Source of the DNA: Lingula anatina
Lineage: Eukaryota; Animalia; Brachiopoda
Length of the DNA: 64,000 nucleotides
Direction: 5' to 3'
NCBI GenBank assembly: GCA_051362555.1
Contig: CM120648.1
Span: 11,900,587-11,964,586 of the forward strand
The first letter of the stretch is position 1; every line of letters begins with the position of its first letter. Of this stretch, positions 40,610 to 54,200 are shown one piece after another. Below the pieces are notes generated by a model. The model made no database searches, had not been told where the DNA came from, and worked only from the letters and a program-made list of their open reading frames with translations. The translations under genes were made by a program, and so were the position numbers.

Positions 40610-41566
40610 ATGTCAGGACAGATGAGTCGAGCAACAGACGACAGGCAACTACAAGCTCTGCTGCAGAATCTGGACTCCACGCTTACGCAGCTTCGAGGTT
40701 ACATCACAGACACAGGTGTTACTTTGTCAATAAGTGAACGACCAAGAAGAAGAAGAAAGGTAACGGTGATCTAGTGTTGTATTAATATTATCAGTTAAAG
40801 GAATAACTGTTCGTATGAGATCCACATCTTATAATAAATACGTCGATACCAACTCGTAGAAATAAGTAAATTCTTTTACCACCAAAACGGCGGCACTTAT
40901 GATTATTCTGGAAGCTGTGCTTTTCATTTGACTTTGTGGACCTTTATAACTGGCTTTACCTCCGTAATAATCTCTTAAGAATCCAATCTTTTTAGAAAAA
41001 ATGGACTAACTTCAAATGTCAGAGTGGATTCATCAACCACTCGAAAATACCGGGAAATAGTCTTTTACCCCAGGAAAATCCTTTTTTGCCAAAGCAAGCA
41101 CTACATATTCCTTTAAGTTTGATCCCGCAGTATGGTACTCAATGACCTCAGTGACAGTAGCCTATACTATGCATATTCCTTATATAAACAAGAACAGGGA
41201 AAGTAGTTAAAAACAAAAAACCAACGATCTGATTGACAGAAAAAGAGGTCAATAATTTGGATTCGAGTAAAATAAAGTAAAAGTTTCTCAATTATTAACT
41301 TGAGTTTCACAGAGAATCTAAAGTGCCACCTCTCTTTTCCTTTTGAGCTCACAACTGTGAAAGGAAAAAAAGGTTGATTTCACTTATGATTTAATATTAA
41401 ATTTAAATATTAACTCTCAGTGGCGAAAATATCCAACCCTAGTATGTCACCTATGGTACTAGTTCATTTATTTTGGATCAGTTGTTCATACATAAATATA
41501 AGACAAATATGGAAAAATAAATTTATGTAGTCGACTATCCACTGTCTAAAATGCGTTCATTTTTAA

Positions 41567-41618
<52 letters not shown>

Positions 41619-41794
41619 CATTATTATTTATTTATTTATTTATAAATGTATTTATTTGTAAAAGAGGCCGCTTGTCTGGGTCATAGTAAATTACTCATAA
41701 TTTCGTTCTAGATATGTCCGACGTGGTGGCCGTGTAAGTGCAAGCTACCCCAGACAATATACAAGTATATGTTGCTTCACACGGTTATATTACA

Positions 41795-41836
<42 letters not shown>

Positions 41837-44800
41837 TAGACTGCAACTGGCTGAAGCCAGTGGCGGAGGATTCCCCTGCAAAATAGGTGTGGAAATGCTC
41901 TTACAAGGTCATGTGAAGGTCATGGGTTAAATTTTACCCAATATTCTGAAAGAGCATGTGCGAATTGGGGGGGGGGGGGGTCAACAAAACATTACTCTAG
42001 CCCATTGCAATATTTCTCAATGAAATAGCCAAATGACCTTGAAAATGAGGGTCAAGGTCAAATTTGACATTTTATTTGGGGGTTTTGGGTATATGTTTGG
42101 GGTAGTTTACTATAGCATGCTATGACCAAAAACCAGTGTTTCATGGAGAAACTGCCAAACTCAAGATTTCTGCAATGTCATAAATATTTAAAAATCTATA
42201 TTAAAAAAAGTAATTAGGCAGTCGGTACCAAAGTACGGCTAACCTTAGATAAATATATAGGGCATTATTTGCCACTATGATTAGGGCTCTGGGCCTTCCG
42301 GTTTTTGAGATCTCGGAAACAAACCTTTTTTGAGCCCGTTTAGCCATTAGCGACCTTGACCTTGACCTACTTGCATAAAAGTAGGTCATTATCTGTGGAT
42401 TTGTCTCAGTATCATTGATCATAAGGCCCTTAGCCTTAGGGCTTATACTTTAGGCCTAATGGCAATTTCAAATTTCATAAAATTTGCCTTTAAAAGACCC
42501 TGTGACCTTGAAAAGTAGGTCAAGGTCACTGAAACTGGGTCTGTGGCATATTCTTGCCATGGGCTACCTATGATAATTATTTCAGATTTTTTGCGAAAAA
42601 AAACGCGCGGAAAGAATAATAATAATAAAAACTATAATACTACCAAAAACAATAGTATTCCCCTATGGGGAATCCTAATAATAATAATAACGTCATATTC
42701 CGTTTAAATCATTATCAGCTTTATGAATTTATTTTTCTGCTCAAGCTCAAAATTTGTCCAGGTAAAAAACTGCTTTCCTTACAAATGTAAAAATAATAAT
42801 AAAATAAAATAATTAATAGAAACAATTGCTACTTAAAGTTCAGTAACATTCAACAAATCAGAAAACGTTTGATTATGCAGGTAGCAAACGTGTTGGCGCT
42901 TGTATTTATGGATAGCACCCAAGACGAGGCTCAACCTGAAGTTATTATTGACGTGGTAAGTTGAATGTTAAACAAACTAGCACACTGTATTTCCACAATT
43001 AGCGCATTGTGTAATCAGAACTAGCACATTGTATTCCCACATCAAATGCATTGTAAATTCTTACGTATTGTATTGTCACAACTAGCACATTGTACGTCAC
43101 AACTAGCACATTGTATTGTCACAACTACCACATTGTATCTCCACATCTAGCGCATTGTAAGAACTTACACATTGTATTGTCACAACTAGCACATTGTATG
43201 TCACAACTAGCACATTGTATTGTCACAACTAGTACATTGTATTTCACAACTAGCACATTGTATGTCACAACTAGCACATTGCATTGCCACAGTTAAAAAA
43301 CAATGTTTACCAAATCAACCACAATGTTATTTTCACAACAGGCACCTTAATTGTATTGTGATAACTTAGGAACCGTTCACATGGAAAGTCTATTTTCTAA
43401 AAATCTATTTTCTATTCGCGGTGTCTTGTGATCACGGTCTGTGCCCTGAAAACCCCGTGGCGTAACTACTGGCAGCGCAGGGAGTAACTGGCTGGCACTG
43501 CCAGTAATTACGCCGCGGGGTATTCAGGGCACAGACCGTGATCACAAGATACCGCGAATAGAAAATAGATTTTTAGAAAATATGTGAATGGTCCCTTATA
43601 CATCGTATTGTCACAACTAACACACTGATGTCCAAACAAACACCGGGGTTTGTTGCAGTGAACACAATTTGTTGTCAGGCCTAATACTGTTCTTATTTTA
43701 TTTCAGAGTGCAATAGTGATGATTACAATACAATTGCTGAACTTGGTCATCGTGGTCTTCTCTACCGGTGAGTTGCCATGTTCTAAAATTAATCATCAGT
43801 TTTTTTTATTGGAATTGTACCGTTATACAGTGTATGTAATAACTGGGAGTTTCGTATTGGAATTGTACCGTTATACAGTGTATGTAATAATTGGGAGTTT
43901 CGTATTGGAATTGTACCGTTATACAGTGTATGTAATAATTAGGAGTTTCGTATTGGAATTGTACCGTTATACAGTGTATGTAATAATTGGGAGTTTCGTA
44001 TTGGAATTGTACCGTTATACAGTGTATGTAAAAATATGGAAGAAACACGAACAGACTGGCTTATAAACGTTTTTGTTAATTTTGTAAAAACATCCAAGAA
44101 GAAATATTCTGATCTTAGTGCACCGCGTTCACTGAGACAAATTAGCCCTATGTCAAGGTTGGTCTTCTAAATAATGGAACTTTTTTATTTGCAACATATT
44201 ATAAAAGTACTTAAAATATGAGGAAATTTTCAAAAAGCATCTTCGAGTATGTAATGAGCCTCTCCCTCTCTCCTTTCTACTGTCAGGTCTGAGGTTGAAT
44301 TGCTCTCTTTTGAAGAGAGGGGGAGGGTAAAGTATAAATATACCATCATCAACAAAGCATATATACTTAACCTCAAACACGACACGCAGTACATAGCGAT
44401 TCAGTTTAATTAACCAAAAATATGATATTTCCAGTGAAGCTGTCTCGGCAGATGTACTGGCACAACATCAGCAAATGGTTCTTTCTTCAAAATTACATGG
44501 CGACCGTCCTTCTCTTCAGCGGAATTTACACCATGACTCACAGAATTCACGTAAGTTAAGGACCATTACCACAGATTTTTGGATCGATCTATCTCCCTTG
44601 GGAGTCTCACTAAATTGCTATCAACGTAACCGGCTTAAATGTCTATCACGCCTAGTAAACTTGTTAGGGGGTAATTATCGAGTTAGACTGATCCAGATGG
44701 ATCTATATAGGCATGAGAACCCAGTCTTATTGTCGTCAGTTCGCTTAATTGTCTTTGCTTTGGTTCTCAATCAGTATAAAACCTAGAAAATTCTCTTTTG

Positions 44801-45244
44801 GTAAATTATGTATGGGTTAGTATTACTCCCTTTTTACTTCGAACGGTACGTTACCAAAATGGCTGTTTTAGGTCTGTTAACGGGATTCTCTTGCGTTATA
44901 GCCAGCGTATTAAGTTGCTTATCTCTGAAATATTTCTTGAATAGACCAGGGCCGTAGCCTCCGGGGGGGCAGGGGGGGCAGCTGCCCCCCCTGGGATTTA
45001 GAATTTTCCACGCTGGTAGGGGGACACCCCCTCCCCCCTCGGGGGATAAGCCCCCTCGTGTCCGCTTACTGCCCCCCCTGGCATTTTGCTCAGGCTACGG
45101 CCCTGTAGACTACATCTGTTGACTTTTTTGCAGAGACAAGGATGGCACTCCATCAATTTAGGGAACAATACAAACCAGGTGTTTTTACTTTACTTCGACA
45201 TGATGACGCTGTCCATATCAACAGCAACTCTGTGTGGTACATTA

Positions 45245-45307
<63 letters not shown>

Positions 45308-46010
45308 TATTTATCTATTTTTTTTTTTTTTTTTTTTTTTTTTGCATTCGATTTCTTACATTTTTAATAATGAAAATTAAGTTGGAAGATATGTATTTTT
45401 TTATAATTTTGGGAAATTTAAGTCTTGACAGAGCAAAATAAAAAAGTGCATTTGCGTAACCAGTAAGGGGAGGGGGAAATCATCTTTACATATCACATTA
45501 AGAATGGATTATCTATTTACAGGTGCTAGTAATATTTCCCCAGTAGATTGGTACAACTCTTTGATTCTCAGCTTACAGGTAGGTTTGAATCACTGGTTTA
45601 TATGGTGTATATAAACCATATAAACCATATAAACCAGTGATTTATATGGTGTATATGCACACTGGCTATTGCAATGGTAGGGGCGGATCCAGGATTTTTT
45701 GAAGGGGGATCCGTGGATTATGAAATCAAATGAACTTTTCTTTCAAGATTACTTCATAGGATCCATTTATATCATTTAAATTTTAGCCAATACGGTGTCT
45801 CTATTCTAGATGCTGCTGAGCTACATGTACTTTGCCTCGATAATGTCCATTGTCACGGAGGCCGGCGATCACGCGAACCAGGAGGGAGGACAAAATGGAC
45901 CTCAGCGCCAGGAGGCCGAGGACAAGGACGACCTCCGGGTGGTCGTTATTAACGAGAGGGACAGATTAATTAATGGGGGTGACAGTGACATTGGCTACCA
46001 GCGAGTGTGA
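40610..46010 (+). CDS. Channel-like gene A: 4-TM protein with K+-channel-like pore module and non-canonical filter (STATLCGASNI), 8 exons, 281 aa
   Basis: Exons 40610-40759, 41712-41795, 42881-42955, 43707-43767, 44435-44550, 45134-45236, 45523-45578, 45810-46010 (846 nt, GT-AG, in frame). Exon-by-exon homology with paralogue B supports the model. Confidence 0.88.
40799..41112 (+). mobile_element. Kolobok-like MITE, diverged copy
   Basis: TTAA-AGGAATA...TATTCCT-TTAA; homology to the 27438 copy. Confidence 0.7.
41834..42678 (-). mobile_element. Second HINE-type element (different family), inserted in a (TAA)n tract
   Basis: On the minus strand: 5' subTIR AGGATTCCCC with adjacent inverted copy; 3' GGGGAATCCT, then hairpin ACTGGCT-tc-AGCCAGT and CTAGTT. 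Interior rich in TGACCTTGA. Confidence 0.75.
42975..43290. repeat. 21-23-bp minisatellite (cacaactagcacattgtat[t]gt) directly after exon 3 donor of gene A
   Basis: ~14 degenerate tandem units. Confidence 0.85.
43369..43595. mobile_element. Palindromic MITE with TTA TSD (PIF/Harbinger-like)
   Basis: ~100-bp arms (ttttctaaaaatctattttctattcgcgg...ccgcgaatagaaaatagatttttagaaaa); TTA at 43366-43368 and 43596-43598. Confidence 0.75.
43807..44030. repeat. 48-bp minisatellite, ~4.7 copies, after exon 4 donor of gene A
   Basis: Unit tattggaattgtaccgttatacagtgtatgtaataattgggagtttcg. Confidence 0.9.
44947..45105. mobile_element. MITE, CAGGGCCGTAGCC TIRs, 5-bp TSD TAGAC
   Basis: TSD at 44942-44946 and 45106-45110; G/C-run-rich interior. 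Confidence 0.8.
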
Positions 46011-47876
46011 CGCACGCTGGATCGAATCCGAGAAACGGTGGGCGCGTTTATAGTTAACTTAGGTCGACTCATCCTGGTTCCTGGGGTTGTTTAACAGCAG
46101 AAATTTGAAGCCGTGAAAGTTTTCACTTCAACACTCGATTTAAAAAATTATTCATACAGATAATTATTGGTTACGTAATCCAATTGAATGGAATGTCGAA
46201 TGCGTTTTGTGGAAATGAAAAAGTGACTTCCATAAATGCGCCCCTCATCTTCGTTACCAAAAACGATCATACGTTTGTTCCTGATTTGCAAGCTGCATAG
46301 ACTGGAGTATGAGAGACTTGGGCAGAAAACCAAATTATCGCCAATATTGATGCAATCAAAGATTAACTTTGTGATACAATGCATTGTTAGAATTGTCGTT
46401 TATCGCTTTGTAAACAGTGCACTGAAAAAGTAGGTGGATTATCACATTGCGAAACGCGTTAATCCACATACTAGTACGTGTGTATACCTGACAATTCTGT
46501 CCTTGGGCATGGGGACCACAATCTCTTGAAAAATTTGACAGTGAAAGACCCCCCCCCCCCCTACAAGAAATAGAACGATATATTTTTTCGAAACGTTTTA
46601 TTAGACTTTAGAAATAAATAAGAAAAAAAATACAAAAATCGAAAAAAGCACTGAACTGAAATACTGTTTTCACACACAAACTAACTCATCTTACTCACTT
46701 GTTCGCTCACTTGCAAACGTTCGTTTAAAATAATATAGTAACCTTCTGGAAGCTTTTACAGTTCGTTCTAAGTGCGACCAAATGCAAACGAGGAGGCACT
46801 GCTGGAGGAGGCCCGTCATTCAGTTAATCCGACTACATACAGCGAGAGTTCCCGCGGAATTGGATCGATCTTTCTAGTACGATAGTTTCATTGGAAACGC
46901 ATCCCTAGTCACTGTAATAAATTCTAATTCTAGTAATAGGTTTTAAAACCTTGCTTGTAAAATACGACTGGATGTAAAACCAATGCAAAATTTTCAAACA
47001 TTTATTCAAAGGTAAGCATGCGCGGTGTATGAGAATAGAAACCAGTCGTATGTATGGTGTACAACAATAGAAATACAATTGATAAGTGTGACAAATACAC
47101 CAGCAGTTTGAGCGCGTGTGAGTTTGCCACACTGCAGTGACTCACGTCATGGCTGACTTCTGGCTATTATTGTAATACTTTTCTAATCAATATACCACCA
47201 CTGAAAATTGTGAACAAAACGCTAAATGAGATCGTGCCATAAAAAGTGTCAAACAGTGTGTGTTGACAGTACGGTACTACCTTCGTAAGTGTTTTCCCAC
47301 TTCGTGTTTTCTGTTGGACTCTCTTCCTAAACACTGGTTTTCAGATGACACTCGAAACTTTTTACTATCAAGTAATGCCTCTCACGATGCTGGAGACGGT
47401 AGAAGGATGCTGACAGTAGAGAAGTGAGTTTACAGGGTCTTATTCAACTCAGGGAACTTTTCAATGATGCATGAATTATTGTGAACTGTTGTCAAACTGT
47501 TGGCCGCCAAGTGTTTGGACATTGTATAACTTAGGTGGTGTCGTTTCTGCCTGAGCGTCTCAAGGACATATCTAGAGCGCGACGCACTCTTTCTTGTATG
47601 AGCTCAGCTGTAATCACGCAACACATGCGCCATCAAGTCGTCGCACTAGCTGAATCGAGAAAGTAAGGTTTTTGTGCTTTTCCTTTTGTCTTCAGGGGTG
47701 ATAAAAACTCGACGGGAGATGCTGAACTTCAATACCGGAAGAAATGAAGATATAGCTGAGCCCTTATGCACAGTGTGCGCCGGTTAAACCTAGAAAGAAA
47801 AATTACCCAAACGAGGCTGCCAAAGGGCGCCTGCATTCAAGGCAGGGCGGTGGATGTTTTAGAGTAAGTTTCCAAG

Positions 47877-50800
47877 ATGGAGAGTCGGCCAGACCGGGGG
47901 ATGTCACCACTCGGAGAACCACAGCCTTCCGACGAATATGTCACTCTGGATGGTAAAGAAGGCAAAGGGTGAGAGAAGGGTTGTTTTTTTTATGAGAATT
48001 TGTGTCTCACAGAGTGAAGTTAACAGTTGCCTCCGTGAATTAAGTAATATGGTACCCTTGCCTCAGTTTTCGGCCTAACAGCGGTAAGGGTACCGTGAGC
48101 ATTTAAGGCCAAAAACTAGGCAAATCATTCCCCATACCACAGAATGTTCTTAGTCACAGCCGACCGGTGCCTCTTCAATATCTGTTTGCAAATTTTGGTT
48201 GCCTTATATTACGTTTGATAAAGTGGCCACAGGGCCTTTATAAGCAGATGTATGTTTGATTTTTGTTTCCCCTTTTTAAGAAGTAAAATGATAACAATAT
48301 AGGCTCCATACCAGGGAAGATATTAAATCTGTCATATGATTGTTCTTTACAGTTTACTTAACTATAAACCTTTAAATAGCTACCTTAGGGTGCATACACA
48401 ACAGATGATCCTCGGACTAGTCCGCGGACCAAATATGGCCGACCCCACTTGAAAGCTATGCCGCATAATGGTCTCCCCATCTACCACACGCGCCATTCCT
48501 GCAAGTCCTAGCAATCAAAGCTAAATTTACACCTCTCCGAGATTGATACTGTGATAAGGAAATATACTTATGTATAATATGTACCAAATACATTACATAT
48601 TACTGTACAAAGTTATAAATATTGCAATTCAGTTGAAACCTAAGTGATTACCTGCAGAGCGTTCGAGAGAGATGGGAGAGGGGAGGGGGTTGGAGAGAGA
48701 GAGAGAGGGGAGGGAGATTGCATTAGATTGCATTATAGGAGATAATGTGGAATGACAATACAGTGGACAATGTTTTAACAATAAACAGTCCAAAATTTGA
48801 TTTAAAAAATCGCGGATGCAGTCGTTAGACCTAAAATCGGCAACCGCAATCCCAAATCTGCAGCTCCAACTCACAAACCGCAATCTATTTCACCCATAGA
48901 GCCCTGTTCCAGCAGTCTTTAATGAAAAAAAGGCCGAGTTTTGACTGAACTCCTTGCGTGAAGCAGATCCCATCTCATCTTGTTGACGTCACAGATTACC
49001 CACCTGGGGGAAGATATGGTCTATATCATATAGACAAGGAATGTTATCACGACGTTATTTATCACTACTGAGCAGATTGGGAGAGAGTTTTGGCCATGAC
49101 CCAAACCTGAAGAGGCATGTCAAGTCCTTGAAGTACTGCAGTATTATTGCTACCTCGGCTGCGACCTAATTTTACCCGCATCAAGAGATATAATTTATAC
49201 ATCAGTATAACAAGAGAACGTGATTTGCGCACAATGATGTTTTGAAGTATGAGTCATACGCACGCGATTATTTTTTTGTCACCTTTCTGTATAGTAAAAG
49301 CTGAGACGTATCCTGATGCTGCTTGAGACATGTACGCGTATCTTTCATAGGATTGATGTTTACATGGTAAGTTCGGAAGTTAATAATTATACATGTACAT
49401 TGATTTGTGGTGTGGCGAAAGCGCCGAAGAAGACAGTGGGATAGATGAAACCGAACTTAAGCCCAGTCAAGATCTTTATCAGTATTTTGTCATAGCCCGA
49501 ACTGTCATATATCAGTACTGCTGCCTAAGGTGCTCGATCGTAACGCTGCCGGTTGTGGTAGTCTTTGTGAGTGTTGGACAAGATACACAGGGCGCCAGGT
49601 AGGCCTAGGGACCATTCCCAGACCCTATCGTACTAACTGTGGATCGATTTATCTCCAAGGCTGAATTGCAATCAACTTAAGCCGCCCAGATGATTGTCTA
49701 CTGCAGCTGTTAGGGGGTAATTAATTATCGTTTAGCAGCTTCAGTAGATGTGCCAGACATTTAAGCTGAAAGTAATTTAGGGAGAAACCCATTGTAGATG
49801 GATCGATCCTGTTAGATCGATCTAGGTATGGGAACCCAGTCCTACATGTACCTCTGTATATTAAAGACGCCTGCCTCGGCACAACATGTAGAAGATCCGG
49901 GTCATATCGACACTGAAAAAGGCTTACACGCCTTTGTCACTCAGCGCTGACAACTAAATCAGTAGTGAATAAACGTATCGCCAGATGACGTCATTTTAAT
50001 CTATACCAGACTGGGTTTATCTGGTTGCTCTTAGATCCCAATCCCATATAAACACCGTCGTTCTACGTCAATCCAACTCTGCGGGGACTCTCCCTGTGTG
50101 CAATCAGCTTAATTGAATGACATGCCTACGGAGAGTTGGATCCATGTACATGTACGTAGATCGATTGTGTCTATGGGAATGGGCCCTAACGGTCACGTTT
50201 TCGTAATCAACATAGGCTTGCCGGCAAAAAGAAAGTGAAAGTGCGTACATGTACCCCTGTGCATTTGTAAACAGGATGAGCAATTTTCTTGTTTTCGTTT
50301 TGTCCCTTTTAGCATCAAGGACATGCCGCTACAGGTACAATCCGATCTCTCAACCAGACAGTTAGAGACACTCCTGCAGAACCTGGATAGGACATCTGCG
50401 CATGTGCGCGCCTTCTTGGCCCCCACCAATGGTCACGTGAGGCAAGAGGAGCCACGGAGGAGGCGGAAGAGGAAGGTGGGTGTTTAAGTTCACAGGAAAA
50501 AATAATTTATCCGAATTGGGCATGTGATTTAGGTATGGAAATTTGTTATCAATGTTGACAATATCTGTTTTGAGACCGTACTATTTTAAATTAAACAGCA
50601 TAATTTGGAGTCGCATTTTTCTACAGAAGGCCCAAATTTTGTTACAATTGTTGGGTGATCATCTCAAAAATTATTGGTACCGTACAATTTATTCATCTCA
50701 TTCATCATTCCATTTACAGACCCCACATTAACAACGTTTTCTGAGATGTTCACCAAAAAGCTATTGGACCATTTGGGAAATAAAGCCTCAGATAATCGGT

Positions 50801-51224
50801 AAACTTAAAATGTTAAACATTCTATGTTTGTTTCAGATATGTCCGGCTTGGTGGCCGTGCAAGTGTAAGCTGCCCAAAACGCTGTATAAGTACATGCTGG
50901 TTTTCACGTTCATTTTACAGGTAACGTACGTAACTGATCTTCTTGTAGAAATTGAAGTAGGATTGGAAACGCTGTATACATTTTTCCTTTGTTGGATCCT
51001 AAATTTAATATGAGGTGTTTATATTAATAAAAGCGGTATACAAAGTAAACGATCACAAATATATCGGAAGAACTTGTATTTTCGTTACTGACATATTTTC
51101 ATTATTGTTAATTTTTATTGGTTTTCCAGTTGTTCAACATAGTGGCTCTCACAGTGCTGGACGCCATCCCCAAGTCTGACCAATCACGAATAGAGACCAT
51201 TGTTGTGGTTTGTACAAACTCATT

Positions 51225-51267
<43 letters not shown>

Positions 51268-54200
51268 TACCCAGACATGCGCTGGCAAGCAATGTCTTAT
51301 CTTCAACTTGTTTCGAAAGAAACGTTATTGAACGGATTATTCTGTACTTGCCTGACTTACATCACGTACCTCAAACTATTTTACACCCCCAAAGTTGTGG
51401 CTAGTTTACTGCTTCTTAAATACCATATAGTATAAAAAAACATTTCGAACTTTGAAACAAATATTTTTGCAGTCAATTTCAACTAACGCGGAATAAACTT
51501 AATTATATCTTTCAGAGCGCCATCATCATGATTACGTTGCATTTGGTGAACTTGGTCATAGTGATCATGTCTACAAGTAAGTTTATCAGGATTCTTAGGG
51601 CTAATTCCCAATAAAACTATCGTTCTACGCACATCGATCCAACTCAAACTCAGTGGCAATAAACACAAATTGTATAAGTCTTTGTCATCACTGTCAAAGC
51701 GATTTTCTCTCACTTCGCCTGTGGAACTCTTCGTAAACTTTAAGAAAGTGCATTCTAGTGTGCTACACGTACATACGGAATGCTTTGTTTTGCCAAGCGC
51801 AGTTGATAACATTTCAGTTTGGTATTTTCTTATACACTTACAAACATGACCTTCCCAAAACCCCAAGAGGCCCATAAGGGATGAAAGTACCAAAGAACAA
51901 ATTTTCAGTGTTTATCTTTTAACGTGTGCATTTGCGTGAAGTGTCATACAGAATATACATAAAGCCCTGCAGTACGTAATACACATACAGTAATATGCAT
52001 TAATCTCTGTTCTTTTCCGTTTCAGTCAAGCTGTCCCGCCAAGTATACTGGCATAATGTTAGCAAGACGTTCTTCCTGCAGAACTACTTGGCCACCGTGT
52101 TACTCTTCAGCGGCATCTATAGCATGACCTACAGGATTGACGTAGGTTGCATGAACTCTTGCTGTGAACCACTTCTTAAAGGGATAACAACTGTTCATTT
52201 TGGCTAAAATATGAATGATGAATTTCCATGGGGTAAACGACAATTTTCCATACTTACCAATGGTTAATAAATCCGTTCCGACATTTAAGGTTTTTACAAA
52301 TTATCTCTAAAAAAATCTCATACGAAGAGTTGTTATCCCTTTAACCAGTACTTTGTCCGTTGAAATTGGTTTTCTGGGTTTGGTATATCTCTAATATACA
52401 GTTTTATTTTATATCAGAATGTGGATTTTCTCACCAAAAATAATTCCTCCCGTATTTGTTTCTTCAATACAGCTTTTTCCATGACAACCAAAGAATTTTG
52501 TCATAAAGCAGCTGGCCACTTAAATTTTTTTGCAAACGGAATCTGCCGCTTCACGAAGCTGTCTCTAGTCTTCTCTTCCACAATTCCTCAAAATTCCATC
52601 GAAATTTGCCGTAACATTTTGAGAGCCAAAAGCAACAGTGTTTTTGCATGCATACACACTTGAATAAAACTTTGATGTTACTAAGTTCCCGTTAGTTTAA
52701 AGATGCATACAAAGTCAATTTTTTTGTCACAAAAACCAACCAAATGCCAGCATATAGTTTCAAGTAGTATAACTAAGAGAATTACCAAAAGGCATTGTTT
52801 AATTTTACCCGAAAATGATGTTTGAACAGATTTTTCTGCTGGCATTCTAAGCTGTATGTCAATGGGGCAGGAAAGTAGGTCACGGAAGTAGGTTAAATTT
52901 ACAACCATAAATTTAAAGAAAGGAGCAGTTTAAAGGTCTTTTATGGCTGACCGAGTGATCTATTCAGTTTATCCCTTGGCATGTCGAATTTATTTGAGTC
53001 ATATAAGAATCTAGTAGAAGTGGTTTACATGTGTTACTCAGAATCCACACTCCACCGATGCTCGGTTCGTATGTACCTTTAAACGTCCTTTCAGTCACCT
53101 TTATCCATTGTTTGCCTTGTAATTTTTTATTTGCTTGTGAACATTGAAACTCAAAATAAAATACATTATCAACTAATATTTATATGTCACAAAATGTCTT
53201 GTTTAATTTTGTCATATTTTGCAGAACAACGGCTGGGCGTCTGTGAGTTTGAATCTGAATGATGAGCCCAAAATGGGATTTTTGTTATACTTTGAAATGA
53301 TGACGCTGTCCATATCCACGGCTACACTTTGTGGTAAGATTCCATGGCGGTTCCGAATAGATAAAAATCTAAATTCTGAATGTGAATAAAAATTTTCATT
53401 TTGCTGTTATAAGATTTTTATTTTGAAGCCGTACTGCCCAGGGCTACAGGGAGTATTGCCGTTTAGTGTTACTTATTTATGATGATTATCCTCCTCTATT
53501 TGATTTCAGTGTGTATTTGAATATATTTGTGATTAAGTATTATTTTTTAAGGACAAATTTGGAAATTATTTTAGAAATCAAAATTTCAAAGTCGGATCTC
53601 TTTACTTTTCAGGCGCCAGTACTATTACACCAAAACATTGGTACAACAGCCTTATTCTCTGTGTTCAAGTAAGTGGTATTAAAGGGATAATAACTCTTTG
53701 TATGAGGTCTATATTTCACAATAAAAACATTGTGAATAACTCACAGAAATATAAAATATTTTGTTTTACGACAACAACAGCAGTTATATAGCTATTATTC
53801 TGATATCTGAGCTTGTCTTCAGACCACGTGACCTCCATTGATGGCTATACTCTGTTATAATCTCTTAAGAGATTTTAACAAAAAACCAAACTTTTTAGAA
53901 AAAAAACAGGGACTAACTTTGAATGTAAAAATGAATTCATTAACCATTGGTAAGTATGGGAAAATTGTTGTTTGTTCCAGGAAAATTCATTTTTTGGCCA
54001 AAACGAAGAGTTATTATCCCTTTAAATCTTTTCTTTCATGAATTCTTTAATAAGGAGTTCACTAGAAACACTTAACATATCGTTATTTACAGTGGAAGTT
54101 TTTAACGATTTACCACTGTATACAGTAACAATGCTTTAATGGCCCTTCTTGGTCGATCAGTCTCTATGGACAGCGCAAAATAATTTTGATAGTTTCCTTG

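Noticed and set aside
40115-40680. Repetitive minus-strand ORFs and CRISPR-like appearance
   Set aside because: Pure tandem minisatellite without unique spacers, in a eukaryotic context; the ORFs are translations of the repeat.
43716-44066. 116-aa ORF with LELYRYTVYVIIGSFV repeats
   Set aside because: A real exon (43707-43767) read through its donor into a 48-bp minisatellite.
45086-45441. Poly-Ile/poly-Tyr ORFs
   Set aside because: An (ATT)n microsatellite following exon 6 of gene A.
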